Positions 13,212-21,189 of a DNA stretch of 38,152 nucleotides are shown piece by piece. Position 1 is the stretch's first letter; each line of letters begins with the position of its first letter. Made by a program: the position numbers and the translations under genes. The DNA comes from Vulcanimicrobiota bacterium (lineage in GTDB: Bacteria > Vulcanimicrobiota > Vulcanimicrobiia > Vulcanimicrobiales > Vulcanimicrobiaceae): assembly GCA_003135555.1 (NCBI GenBank), contig PLCF01000067.1, positions 10,158 to 48,309 of the forward strand. The letters run 5' to 3'. The notes under the pieces were generated by a model that was not told where the DNA came from, made no database searches, and was given only the letters and a program-made list of their open reading frames with translations.

Positions 13212-13271
13212 GGAGGAACCGTGCTGCGCCGCCGGGCCGGCCGCCTGCCCACGGCGTCGCGGTTCGGCGCA

Positions 13272-13547
13272 CTACGGGTGCGGCGGCGGCGACGTGTCGA
13301 GTCGTAGGAACGTCTCGGGTGTCGGTCGCGGCGACGGCCGATGGCGGAGGGCCGCCGCGTGCGGGTACGGCGTCGGGCGGCGAGCTTGCCGCGGCCGGGG
13401 TGTCGGCGAAGGTACGTAGGCACGGGGGTCGACGATGATCACCGGCCGCGCCTGCCACGGCGGGCGAGTCGGCGCCCTGCCTGCCGTCTGCGCTTGCAGT
13501 GGTGCTAGGAGCGCGAGTCCGACCAGGGCAGTGCGAAGCGGCTTCAC
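13272..13547 (-). CDS. small Pro/Arg-rich secreted hypothetical protein
   Basis: GTG start, signal-like MKPLRTALVGLALLAPLQA; TACCAT 6 nt upstream. Confidence 0.55.
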   Translation of the reverse strand: MKPLRTALVGLALLAPLQAQTAGRAPTRPPWQARPVIIVDPRAYVPSPTPRPRQARRPTPYPHAAALRHRPSPRPTPETFLRLDTSPPPHP

Positions 13548-13581
13548 GCTCCGATGGTACCGCACGGCCTCGCGGAAAAGT

Positions 13582-13609
13582 GAAAAGCCCCTCCGGAGCG
13601 AGGCTTTTC
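13582..13609 (-). terminator. terminator downstream of tRNA-Ile
   Basis: GAAAAGCC...GGCTTTTC stem followed by ACTTTT on the minus strand. Confidence 0.7.
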
Positions 13610-13612
13610 GAC

Positions 13613-13689
13613 TGGTGGGCCATCCTGGTCTCGAACCAGGGACCTCATGCTTATCAAGCATGCGCTCTAACCAACTGAGCTAATGGCCC
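13613..13689 (-). tRNA. tRNA-Ile(GAT), CCA encoded
   Basis: Revcomp GGGCCATTAGCTCAGTTGGTTAGAGCGCATGCTTGATAAGCATGAGGTCCCTGGTTCGAGACCAGGATGGCCCACCA. Confidence 0.97.
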
Positions 13690-13704
13690 AAGGGGTCGGC
13701 GCTA

Positions 13705-13733
13705 AGTTTAGAAGAGCGTTGGGGCCTTGTCAA
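13705..13733 (-). promoter_or_regulatory. sigma70 promoter of tRNA-Ile
   Basis: Minus strand TTGACA-N17-TAAACT. Confidence 0.8.
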
Positions 13734-13739
13734 ACGCCC

Positions 13740-14015
13740 TTAGATGAGCTTGATCCACGCGTTCATGGCCTGATCGTCGCGCTTCACCTGTCCCATCGCC
13801 ATGTCGCGCAGCGCGTTCATCTCGCGCAGCTGCTCGGCTTGGGCGCTGGCAACGGCGTCAAAAGCCCGCTGTTGCGCGAGCGCTTCGAAGTCTGCCGCCG
13901 TCGCCGGCGCCGCCGCGTGCGTGGTGCGCGCCGGGCGCTTGCCGCCGGCCGCCGGGGCGGCCGGTCGGGGAGCGGGGCGCTGCGGCAGCGGCGGCCGCAC
14001 GGCGAGGGCGTCCAT
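13740..14015 (-). CDS. hypothetical protein (91 aa), Pro/Ala-rich N-terminus, C-terminal helix shared with neighbour
   Basis: Start abuts the upstream stop (TAGATG); last 40 aa are 50% identical to those of 14016..14384. Confidence 0.75.
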   Translation of the reverse strand: MDALAVRPPLPQRPAPRPAAPAAGGKRPARTTHAAAPATAADFEALAQQRAFDAVASAQAEQLREMNALRDMAMGQVKRDDQAMNAWIKLI

Positions 14016-14384
14016 CTATCCGATCGTCCTGATGAACTCTTTGACGATCTGGTTGTCCGCTTTTCGTTGCTGCATCGCAACGTCGCGCAAGGTGTTGGTC
14101 TCGCGCAACAGCTCCGAGCGCTCGGAGGCCATCTGGTCGAACTGCTGCGACTGGCCCTGGAGCTGCAGCTGGAAGATCATCTGCTGCGCGTTGAGCGCCT
14201 CGGTCGCGCCGAGGTAGCCGCCGTTGATCAGGTTCTGCGCGCCGTTGCTGAAGCCACCGACCGTGGTCGCGCCGTTGCCCGCAAAGCCGCCGGCGAGCGC
14301 GCCGGCGCCGATCGCGACCGGGTTGGCGCCCATCGCCGCGCCCTGCACCCCGCCGGCGAGCGCGCTCAGGAGGTTGAAGCCCAT
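14016..14384 (-). CDS. hypothetical protein (122 aa), glycine-zipper-like N-terminus plus Gln-rich helical C-terminus
   Basis: AAGGA upstream; GGVQGAAMGANPVAIGAGALAGGFAG; C-terminus paralogous to 13740..14015. Confidence 0.8.
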   Translation of the reverse strand: MGFNLLSALAGGVQGAAMGANPVAIGAGALAGGFAGNGATTVGGFSNGAQNLINGGYLGATEALNAQQMIFQLQLQGQSQQFDQMASERSELLRETNTLRDVAMQQRKADNQIVKEFIRTIG

Positions 14385-14402
14385 CGCGGAACCGGTCCTT
14401 TC

Positions 14403-15014
14403 CTAGTCGAGGCCGTCATCGTCGGCCAGGCCGGTCGACGGTGCGAGATCCCGGTCGCGAGCATCGAGCTGCGGCAGCGGGCGGTACGCCGGCAGATTCA
14501 GCGGCGGCGCCAAGCCGCCCATGAGACCGCTGAGGTCGATCGAGCCGCCGGCGCCTGTCGCCGCCGCCGGCGCGGGCTGCGGCGGCGCCGGCTGCGCGGA
14601 GCCGAGGCGCTGGTAGTGCCGCTGGACGGAGTCGGCGTAGCCGATGGGCCGCCCGTCGCCCCGGTCGGTGCGCGTCCCGACCGCGGTCGGCGAGCCGCCG
14701 TTGTAGGCGGACAGCGCGGCCCGGACGTCGCCGCCATAGCGCTGCAGGTTCGATTCGATCATCCCTGCGGCGTAGTCGGCATTCGCGCCCGGGTCCATCG
14801 CCGCGGCGGTGCGGGCGAAGGGATGCCAGCGATCGTCGATCTGAAAGACGCCGTGGCCGTGGCCGCCGTCGCCGACGATGTTGCGCCCGGAGTCGCTGCC
14901 CGGGCCGCCCGTCTCCTGGGCGGCGACGGCCGCAAGCAAGCGCGGCTCGAGATGGTGGCGGGTCGCCGCGGCTACGATCTGCGAGCTGTAGGCGACGGTC
15001 AGTTGAGTGTCCAT
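14403..15014 (-). CDS. lytic transglycosylase / g-type lysozyme-like protein (GH23, SLT domain)
   Basis: LLAAVAAQET (catalytic Glu), GHGVFQID, MDPGANADYAA, ALSAYNGG; GGAGG SD before ATG 15014; no signal peptide. Confidence 0.88.
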   Translation of the reverse strand: MDTQLTVAYSSQIVAAATRHHLEPRLLAAVAAQETGGPGSDSGRNIVGDGGHGHGVFQIDDRWHPFARTAAAMDPGANADYAAGMIESNLQRYGGDVRAALSAYNGGSPTAVGTRTDRGDGRPIGYADSVQRHYQRLGSAQPAPPQPAPAAATGAGGSIDLSGLMGGLAPPLNLPAYRPLPQLDARDRDLAPSTGLADDDGLD

Positions 15015-15043
15015 GCGCCCCTCCATCACTGCGAGAGGTCGCG

Positions 15044-15072
15044 TTGACAAGGGCCCGGGCCTGGTCTACCAT
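15044..15072 (+). promoter_or_regulatory. sigma70 promoter of the yceD-rpmF-fab operon
   Basis: TTGACA-N17-TACCAT; followed by leader hairpin GGGGTTCCCC-TCGC-GGGGAACCTC at 15086-15109. Confidence 0.75.
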
Positions 15073-15119
15073 GAGTCGGTTGCATGGGGTTCCCCTCGCG
15101 GGGAACCTCGTTCTATGGT

Positions 15120-15587
15120 ATGGGTTCAGCACTGGTCATCGACGTCGGATCCGTCCTGCACGCGGGGCGTCCGATCTCGCTCGACGAACGGGTCGAGGTT
15201 CCGCCGTACTCCACGTTCACGTTCCCGCATCCGGCGCACGTCCGGCTCGACCTGCGGCGCGTCGACCGGGGCTTGGACGTCGGCGGGACCATCGAGACCG
15301 GCGCCGAGGGGCCGTGCGACCGCTGTCTGGAGGACGTCGTCGTCCCGATGACGGTCGACGTGGAGGAACGTTTCGATCCGCCGAGCGGAACGAGCGACCC
15401 CTTCGGCGAGAACAACGTACTGAGCGGCAGCGACCTCGACGTGGGCGATCTGGTGAGACAACTCGTGATCAGCGCCCTACCCTACGTCCTGCTGTGCCGC
15501 GAGGACTGTCGCGGACTCTGCGTCACGTGCGGAGCGAGCAAGAACGTGGGCGGAACCTGCACCTGTCCTCACAATCCGGGCCCTTAG
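15120..15587 (+). CDS. yceD: DUF177/YceD family protein
   Basis: CDRCL motif, LC.EDC.GLC..CG; canonical position upstream of rpmF. Confidence 0.9.
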   Translation: MGSALVIDVGSVLHAGRPISLDERVEVPPYSTFTFPHPAHVRLDLRRVDRGLDVGGTIETGAEGPCDRCLEDVVVPMTVDVEERFDPPSGTSDPFGENNVLSGSDLDVGDLVRQLVISALPYVLLCREDCRGLCVTCGASKNVGGTCTCPHNPGP

Positions 15588-15629
15588 ACAAAGCTCAGGG
15601 TTACAAAGGATAAGTCTAAAAAGGCGATC

Positions 15630-15833
15630 ATGGCGAACCTCAAATGGAAGACTCCCCGGTCCAAGACGCGTAGCCGCCGGGCTGCGAATTGGAAGCTCAA
15701 CCCCGTGACGACGGTCGAGTGCCCGCAGTGCCACCAGCCGAAGCGCCCGCATTTCGTGTGCGACTTCTGCGGAACGTACGCCGGCCGGCAAGTCGTGGCC
15801 AAGGACGAGCACGCCGGGCACAATCACGGTTAG
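15630..15833 (+). CDS. rpmF: 50S ribosomal protein L32 (Zn-ribbon type)
   Basis: K.PRSKTRSRRA, CPQC...PHFVCDFCGTY. Confidence 0.95.
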   Translation: MANLKWKTPRSKTRSRRAANWKLNPVTTVECPQCHQPKRPHFVCDFCGTYAGRQVVAKDEHAGHNHG

Positions 15834-15836
15834 CGG

Positions 15837-16853
15837 TTGAACCAGACCGGAGTCCGCATCGCGGGCGTCGGGCACTACGTGCCCAAGCGTGTTCTCACCA
15901 ACTCCGATCTCGAGCAGATGTTCGACACGTCGGACGAGTGGATCACCACGCGCACCGGGATGAAGGAGCGGCACATCGCGGCTCCGGATGAGCCGACCAG
16001 CGACGTCGCGCTCGGAGCGGCGCGCGCCGCGCTCGCGAACGCCGGGCTCGACCCCAGCGCCATCGGCTGCATCATCGTCGCGACGGTCACGCCCGACTAC
16101 GCCTTTCCCGCGACGGCCTGTATCGTCGGGGCCAAGCTGGGCATCCAAGGCGTCCCCGGCTTCGACATGGAGATCGCCTGCAGCGGCTTCATCTACGGGC
16201 TCACCGTCGCGTCGAGCATGATTCGCACCGGCGTCTTCAAACGGATCCTGCTCATCGGCGCCGAGGAGCTCTCGCGGCTGGTCAACTACGATGACCGCAA
16301 CACCGCGGTCCTGTTCGGCGACGGCGCCGGTGCCGTCGTGCTCGAGGCCGCCGAGCGCGACTCGTATCTGGGCTCCGAGCTCGGCGCGGACGGTACGAAC
16401 CCGACCGATCTGTACCTGCCGGTGGGTGGAACGGGCGCGCTGCCGATCACGGCCGAGGACATCGCGGCCAAGCGCAACACGATTACCATGAACGGGCGCG
16501 AAGTCTTTCGTTTCGCCGTCACCAAGATGATCGCGGCGACGACCCACGCGCTCGACAGCGCCGGCTTGACGCCCAACGACATCACCTGGGTCATCCCGCA
16601 CCAAGCCAACAAGCGCATCATCGAAGCAGCCGCGAAGCGCCTCGACATCGGCCCCGAACGCGTCATCATCAACATCGAGCGCTACGGGAACACGAGCGCC
16701 GCATCGATTCCGATCGCGCTCTCCGAGACCGCGGCCGCCGGCAAGTTGAAGGACGGCGACGTGCTGCTGTTCGTCGGCTTCGGCGGCGGGTTGAGCTGGG
16801 GCGCGGTGGCGTGGCGCTGGTCGGCCAACGGAAAGAACGGCACCCGCGCGTGA
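15837..16853 (+). CDS. fabH: beta-ketoacyl-ACP synthase III
   Basis: DTSDEWITTRTG, ACSGF, FGDGAGA, PHQAN, GNTSAAS, GFGGGLSWG. Confidence 0.96.
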   Translation: MNQTGVRIAGVGHYVPKRVLTNSDLEQMFDTSDEWITTRTGMKERHIAAPDEPTSDVALGAARAALANAGLDPSAIGCIIVATVTPDYAFPATACIVGAKLGIQGVPGFDMEIACSGFIYGLTVASSMIRTGVFKRILLIGAEELSRLVNYDDRNTAVLFGDGAGAVVLEAAERDSYLGSELGADGTNPTDLYLPVGGTGALPITAEDIAAKRNTITMNGREVFRFAVTKMIAATTHALDSAGLTPNDITWVIPHQANKRIIEAAAKRLDIGPERVIINIERYGNTSAASIPIALSETAAAGKLKDGDVLLFVGFGGGLSWGAVAWRWSANGKNGTRA

Positions 16854-17797
16854 GGGTCGGAATAATTTTTCCCGGCCAGGGCTCGCAGGTCGTGGGGATG
16901 GGCGTCGATGCGGCGCGCGCGCACCCGGCTGCCGCGCAGTGCTTCGCCGAAGCCAAGACGATCTTGGGCTACGATCTGCTCGCGTTGTGCGCGAGCGGCC
17001 CCGAAGAGAAGTTGCGCGAGACGCGGTACGCTCAGCCGGCGATCTTCGTCACCAACGTTGCGCTGGCGCTCGCCGCCGGCGACGCGCTCGAGCCGGTCGT
17101 GAGCGCGGGCCATTCGTTCGGCGAATACTGCTCGCTCACGCTCGCCGGCGCGCTGGCTTTCGAGACCGCGCTGACGCTGGTCAACCAGCGCGGGTTGGCG
17201 ATGCACCGTGCGGCGTCACGCGCCCGCGGTGCGATGGCCGCGGTGCTGGGGCTGGCCCCCGACGCGTTGCGGGCCGCCGTCGCGGAAACCGTCGAGCAAG
17301 GCGCGGGACGCGTTCAGCTGGCGAACTTCAACGCGCCGGGTCAGATCGTGATCAGCGGTGACGCCGACGCGGTGCGCGTGGCGGGGGAACGAGCCATGAC
17401 CGCGGGCGCCAAGCGGGTCGTCCCGCTCAACGTCGCGGGGGCTTGGCACAGCGCCCTCATGGATCCCGCGCGCGAGGAGTTCGCGGCGCACGTCGCCGCA
17501 GCCACGGTTCTGCCGCCGCGCTTCACCGTGATCTCGAACGTCGACGCGACGCCGTATCGCGACGTCGCGCAGATCAAGGCCAATCTGGTGCGTTCGATCA
17601 CCGACGAGGTGCGTTGGCACGACACCGCGGTGGCGATGGTCGAGCTGGGTCTCGATCTCATCGTCGAGTTCGGTGCGTCGCCCGTGTTGGCGCCGATGTT
17701 CAAGCGCATCGACGGTGCGCCCCAGGCGATTACCGTCTCCGATGCGGCCGGGGTCGGACAACTGCGCGATCAGCTGGGATCGGCGTCGGCGGTATGA
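16850..17797 (+). CDS. fabD: malonyl-CoA:ACP transacylase
   Basis: FPGQGSQ, AQPAI, GHSFGEY, AWHS; GTGA overlap with fabH stop. Confidence 0.95.
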   Translation: MRVGIIFPGQGSQVVGMGVDAARAHPAAAQCFAEAKTILGYDLLALCASGPEEKLRETRYAQPAIFVTNVALALAAGDALEPVVSAGHSFGEYCSLTLAGALAFETALTLVNQRGLAMHRAASRARGAMAAVLGLAPDALRAAVAETVEQGAGRVQLANFNAPGQIVISGDADAVRVAGERAMTAGAKRVVPLNVAGAWHSALMDPAREEFAAHVAAATVLPPRFTVISNVDATPYRDVAQIKANLVRSITDEVRWHDTAVAMVELGLDLIVEFGASPVLAPMFKRIDGAPQAITVSDAAGVGQLRDQLGSASAV

Positions 17798-18534
17798 CGG
17801 GTAAGATCGCGGTCGTGACCGGCGCGAGCCGCGGCATCGGACGCGCGATCGCGGTCGACTTGGCCCGCGCCGGAGCCGACGTCGCGCTGTTCGGCCGCGA
17901 CGAGGCCGCGCTCGCGGAGACCGCCGCGGCCTGCCGCGCGATCCGCGCGGGTGCTCGCGCCGCGACGCACGTCGTCGACGTCAGCGACGAGGCGGCGGTC
18001 AACACGGCGATCGCCGAGGTCCTCGCCGGCGTGGGGCGGATCGACATCGCGATCGCCAACGCCGGGCAGTCCAAGGACGGCCTGATCCTGCGCTTCCGGG
18101 CCGCCGACCTCGATCGCCTCATCGACGTCAACCTCAAGTCGGCGTTCTACCTCAGCGCGGCGGTCGCCAAGCCGATGATGAAGCAGCGCGGGGGAGCGAT
18201 CGTCTTCGTGTCGTCGATCGTGGGTCTGGCGGGTAACGCTGGTCAGAGCGCCTACGCGGCGACCAAAGCGGGCCTGCTTGGTCTGACCAAGTCGCTGGCG
18301 AAAGAGCTCGGCTCGCGCAATATCCGCGTGAACGCGGTCGCACCCGGTCTGATCGAGACGGCGATGACGTCCGAGATGCCGGGTCAAGCCCGCGAACACT
18401 ACTTGAACACGATCGCGCTGGGGCGGGCGGGATCGCCCGAGGACGTCGCCCCGGTCGTCACCTTTCTCGCCTCCGACGCCGCTCGCTACGTCACCGGTCA
18501 AACGGTCGTCGTCGACGGCGGATTTTTGATGTAG
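17794..18534 (+). CDS. fabG: 3-oxoacyl-ACP reductase
   Basis: TGASRGIG, NAG, GNAGQSAYAATK, VNAVAPG; ATGA overlap with fabD. Confidence 0.94.
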   Translation: MTGKIAVVTGASRGIGRAIAVDLARAGADVALFGRDEAALAETAAACRAIRAGARAATHVVDVSDEAAVNTAIAEVLAGVGRIDIAIANAGQSKDGLILRFRAADLDRLIDVNLKSAFYLSAAVAKPMMKQRGGAIVFVSSIVGLAGNAGQSAYAATKAGLLGLTKSLAKELGSRNIRVNAVAPGLIETAMTSEMPGQAREHYLNTIALGRAGSPEDVAPVVTFLASDAARYVTGQTVVVDGGFLM

Positions 18535-18570
18535 CCCTGCTTCACACCACTGTAGGAGACTCACGATCAC

Positions 18571-18837
18571 ATGGCCGCTGACACTTTCGATCGCGTCAAG
18601 AAGATCATCGTCGAGCAACTCGGAGTCGAGGAGAACGAGGTCACGCCCGAGGCGTCGATCACGGACGACCTGGGCGCGGACTCGCTCGATCAAGTCGAGC
18701 TCGTCATGGCGTTCGAGACCGAGTTCGGCGTCGACATCCCCGACGAAGAGGCTGAGAAGATCAAGACCGTCGGCGACGCCGTCCAAAAGATCGACGGCGC
18801 CAGCGGTGATTCAGCCGCTGCCGCGCCGCAGGCATAG
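18571..18837 (+). CDS. acpP: acyl carrier protein
   Basis: DLGADSLD phosphopantetheine motif; AGGAG SD. Confidence 0.97.
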   Translation: MAADTFDRVKKIIVEQLGVEENEVTPEASITDDLGADSLDQVELVMAFETEFGVDIPDEEAEKIKTVGDAVQKIDGASGDSAAAAPQA

Positions 18838-18888
18838 GGTTCGGCAAGCGAACCCGCAGCGCTCCTTGGACCGCTGCAAGAAAGTTAG

Positions 18889-20217
18889 ATGTTAGAAGCT
18901 CTGTCTGAACGCCTTGGGGCGATCTTCGACCGGCTCGCAAATCGCGGCCGGCTCTCCGAGTCCGACGTCGCCGAGGTCTTGCGCGAGGTGCGCATCGCGC
19001 TGCTCGAAGCCGACGTCGCGCTGCCGGTCGCCAAAGAGTTCGTCAACGCGATCAAGGCGCGAGCGGTCGGTTCCGACGTCTTCACCTCGCTGACCCCGTC
19101 GCAGAGCGTCGTCAAGCTCGTCTACGACGAGCTCGTCGAGCTCATGGGCGGAGCGGCGTCACGGCTGACCTACAGCGACGCGCCGCCGACGGTGTACGTG
19201 ATGGTCGGGCTGCAGGGCTCGGGCAAGACCACGCACGCCGCCAAGCTGGCGCTGCGCCTCAAGGAGCAGGGGCGGCGGACCTTGCTCGTCGCCGCCGACG
19301 TATACCGCCCCGCGGCGATCGAACAGCTCAAGACGCTGGGCAAGCAGATCGACTTGCCGGTTTTCGAGGCGGGCCAGGGCGATCCGGTCCAGATCGCGCG
19401 CGACGGCGTAGCCGAAGCCAAGCGCCTGGGGATCGCGACGGTAATCATCGACACCGCCGGGCGGTTGCAGATCGACGAGCGCCTCATGGAGGAGCTCGAA
19501 CGCATAAAGGCCGCGGTGCGTCCGACCGAGATCCTGTTCGTCGCCGACGCGATGACCGGACAAGAAGCGGTCAACGTCGCCCAGACGTTCAACGACCGGC
19601 TCGGCATCACCGGGGTCGTGCTCACCAAGATGGACGGCGACGCACGCGGCGGCGCGGCGCTCTCGATCCACCGCATGACCGGCGCGCCGATCAAGTTCGT
19701 CGGAGTCGGCGAGAAGGTCACCGCGCTCGAAGCCTTCCACCCCGACCGGCTGGCGTCACGCATCCTCGGCATGGGCGACGTGCTGACGCTCATCGAGAAG
19801 ACGCAGAACGTCTACTCGGAACAGCAGGCCGAAGAGCTTGCGACCAAGCTGCGCAAATCGCTCTTCACGCTCGACGACTTCTTGGCGCAATTGCGGCAGG
19901 TTCGCAAGATGGGCTCGATGTCCGATCTCATGAAGATGATTCCGGGGCTGTCCAAGGCGCTGCCGAAGGTCGAGATCGACGAGAAGGACATCAACAAAGT
20001 CGAGGCCATCATCTGCTCGATGTCGCGCCGCGAACGCGAGCGGCCCGAGATCCTCAACGGGTCGCGGCGCAAGCGGATCGCGGTCGGTTCGGGAACGCAA
20101 GTCGCCGACGTCAACCGCCTCGTCAAGCAGTTCGAGGCATCGCGCCAGATGATGAAGCAGCTGGGCGGGATGAAGAAGGGCCGCTTTCCGAAGCTGCCGG
20201 CGGGTCTTGGGCGATGA
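18889..20217 (+). CDS. ffh: signal recognition particle protein
   Basis: GLQGSGKTT, DTAGR, TKMDGDARGG, M domain SRRKRIA.GSG. Confidence 0.98.
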   Translation: MLEALSERLGAIFDRLANRGRLSESDVAEVLREVRIALLEADVALPVAKEFVNAIKARAVGSDVFTSLTPSQSVVKLVYDELVELMGGAASRLTYSDAPPTVYVMVGLQGSGKTTHAAKLALRLKEQGRRTLLVAADVYRPAAIEQLKTLGKQIDLPVFEAGQGDPVQIARDGVAEAKRLGIATVIIDTAGRLQIDERLMEELERIKAAVRPTEILFVADAMTGQEAVNVAQTFNDRLGITGVVLTKMDGDARGGAALSIHRMTGAPIKFVGVGEKVTALEAFHPDRLASRILGMGDVLTLIEKTQNVYSEQQAEELATKLRKSLFTLDDFLAQLRQVRKMGSMSDLMKMIPGLSKALPKVEIDEKDINKVEAIICSMSRRERERPEILNGSRRKRIAVGSGTQVADVNRLVKQFEASRQMMKQLGGMKKGRFPKLPAGLGR

Positions 20218-20285
20218 TCGCGACACGCCACGTTTTTACCTCAAACGCCCGCATAGAGAAGTGCGGGATTTCCTAGAAAGTCGAC

Positions 20286-20576
20286 ATGGTTAAGATCAGA
20301 CTGCGGCGCATGGGCGCCAAGAAACAACCCACGTACCGGTTCGTCGTGGCGGATGTGAAATCTCCGCGTGATGGGCGGTTCCTCGAGATTTTGGGCCATT
20401 ACAATCCGCGCACCGAACCCAAGACGCTCGTCGTCGATCAAGAGAAGGCGAAGGCGTGGTTGGCCAAAGGCGCACAGCCTTCGGACCCGGTGCGGCGCTT
20501 GTTCGCCGAATTGGGCTTGGTCGAACGTGGACCGATCTCGGAGACGAAGCGGCCGCCCAAGAGCAAGAAGGAGTGA
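20286..20576 (+). CDS. rpsP: 30S ribosomal protein S16
   Basis: [18 protein letters not shown]...[16 protein letters not shown]...GAQPS. Confidence 0.98.
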   Translation: MVKIRLRRMGAKKQPTYRFVVADVKSPRDGRFLEILGHYNPRTEPKTLVVDQEKAKAWLAKGAQPSDPVRRLFAELGLVERGPISETKRPPKSKKE

Positions 20577-20606
20577 CGGCGTGATGGCAGCGAGCGGACG
20601 CGGGCG

Positions 20607-21173
20607 ATGAGCGCATTCGACGACGAGTTCGGACTCTTCGGCGACGAAGACAAGCCGCGCGAAGAAGAGCGCACCTCGACGCTGGGTGCGCGGCGGATCG
20701 CGTCGGACGAAGCGGCGCACGACGACATCGAGCCCGAGGACGAGCGGCCGCGGCGTGGGCCGCGCAACGACCGCCGCGACCGCAGCGGCACCGCCGACGC
20801 CGGCGAGGATCGGCGGCCGCGGCGTGAGTACGGCGGCGACCGCGGGGCGCGCAAGACGGCCGATCCGGTCGTGGCGCAGCAACGCGCGCTCGACCTGCTG
20901 GGATTTCTGGCCCGCAAATTGGTGTCGCGCCCGGAGAACGTGCTCGTCGAGCAGGTCGAGAGCGAGAAGGGGCCCGTCGTCGAGCTGGTCGTCGAACACG
21001 AAGATCTGGGCAAGGTCATCGGACGCAACGGGCGCGTCGCGCAAGCCCTGCGCACGCTGGTGCGCGCCAGCGCCGAAGGCCGGATCAGCATCGACATCAT
21101 CTCGTTCGAGGACGAAGAATCGGCGGAGGGTAGCGAACCCGCACCCGCCGAGGAGCCGGCGAACGAAGGCTGA
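20607..21173 (+). CDS. khpA: KH domain RNA-binding protein KhpA/YlqC with long N-terminal extension
   Basis: DLGKVIGRNGRVAQALRTLV; position between rpsP and rimM. Confidence 0.88.
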   Translation: MSAFDDEFGLFGDEDKPREEERTSTLGARRIASDEAAHDDIEPEDERPRRGPRNDRRDRSGTADAGEDRRPRREYGGDRGARKTADPVVAQQRALDLLGFLARKLVSRPENVLVEQVESEKGPVVELVVEHEDLGKVIGRNGRVAQALRTLVRASAEGRISIDIISFEDEESAEGSEPAPAEEPANEG

Positions 21174-21189
21174 CGCGAACGCCGGCCGG

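Larger units (their letters stand above)
11952..13249. repeat. imperfect tandem duplication (about 650-bp unit: gene plus upstream 35 nt)
   Basis: Shared DNA blocks TAGTTCGGCTTGG, GCGCGGCGCGGGTCTTGTCGTAGTTGACG, GACGATCTTGGGGACCGCGCGCGGGCA and GGAACCGTGCTGCGCCGCCG in both units. Confidence 0.85.
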
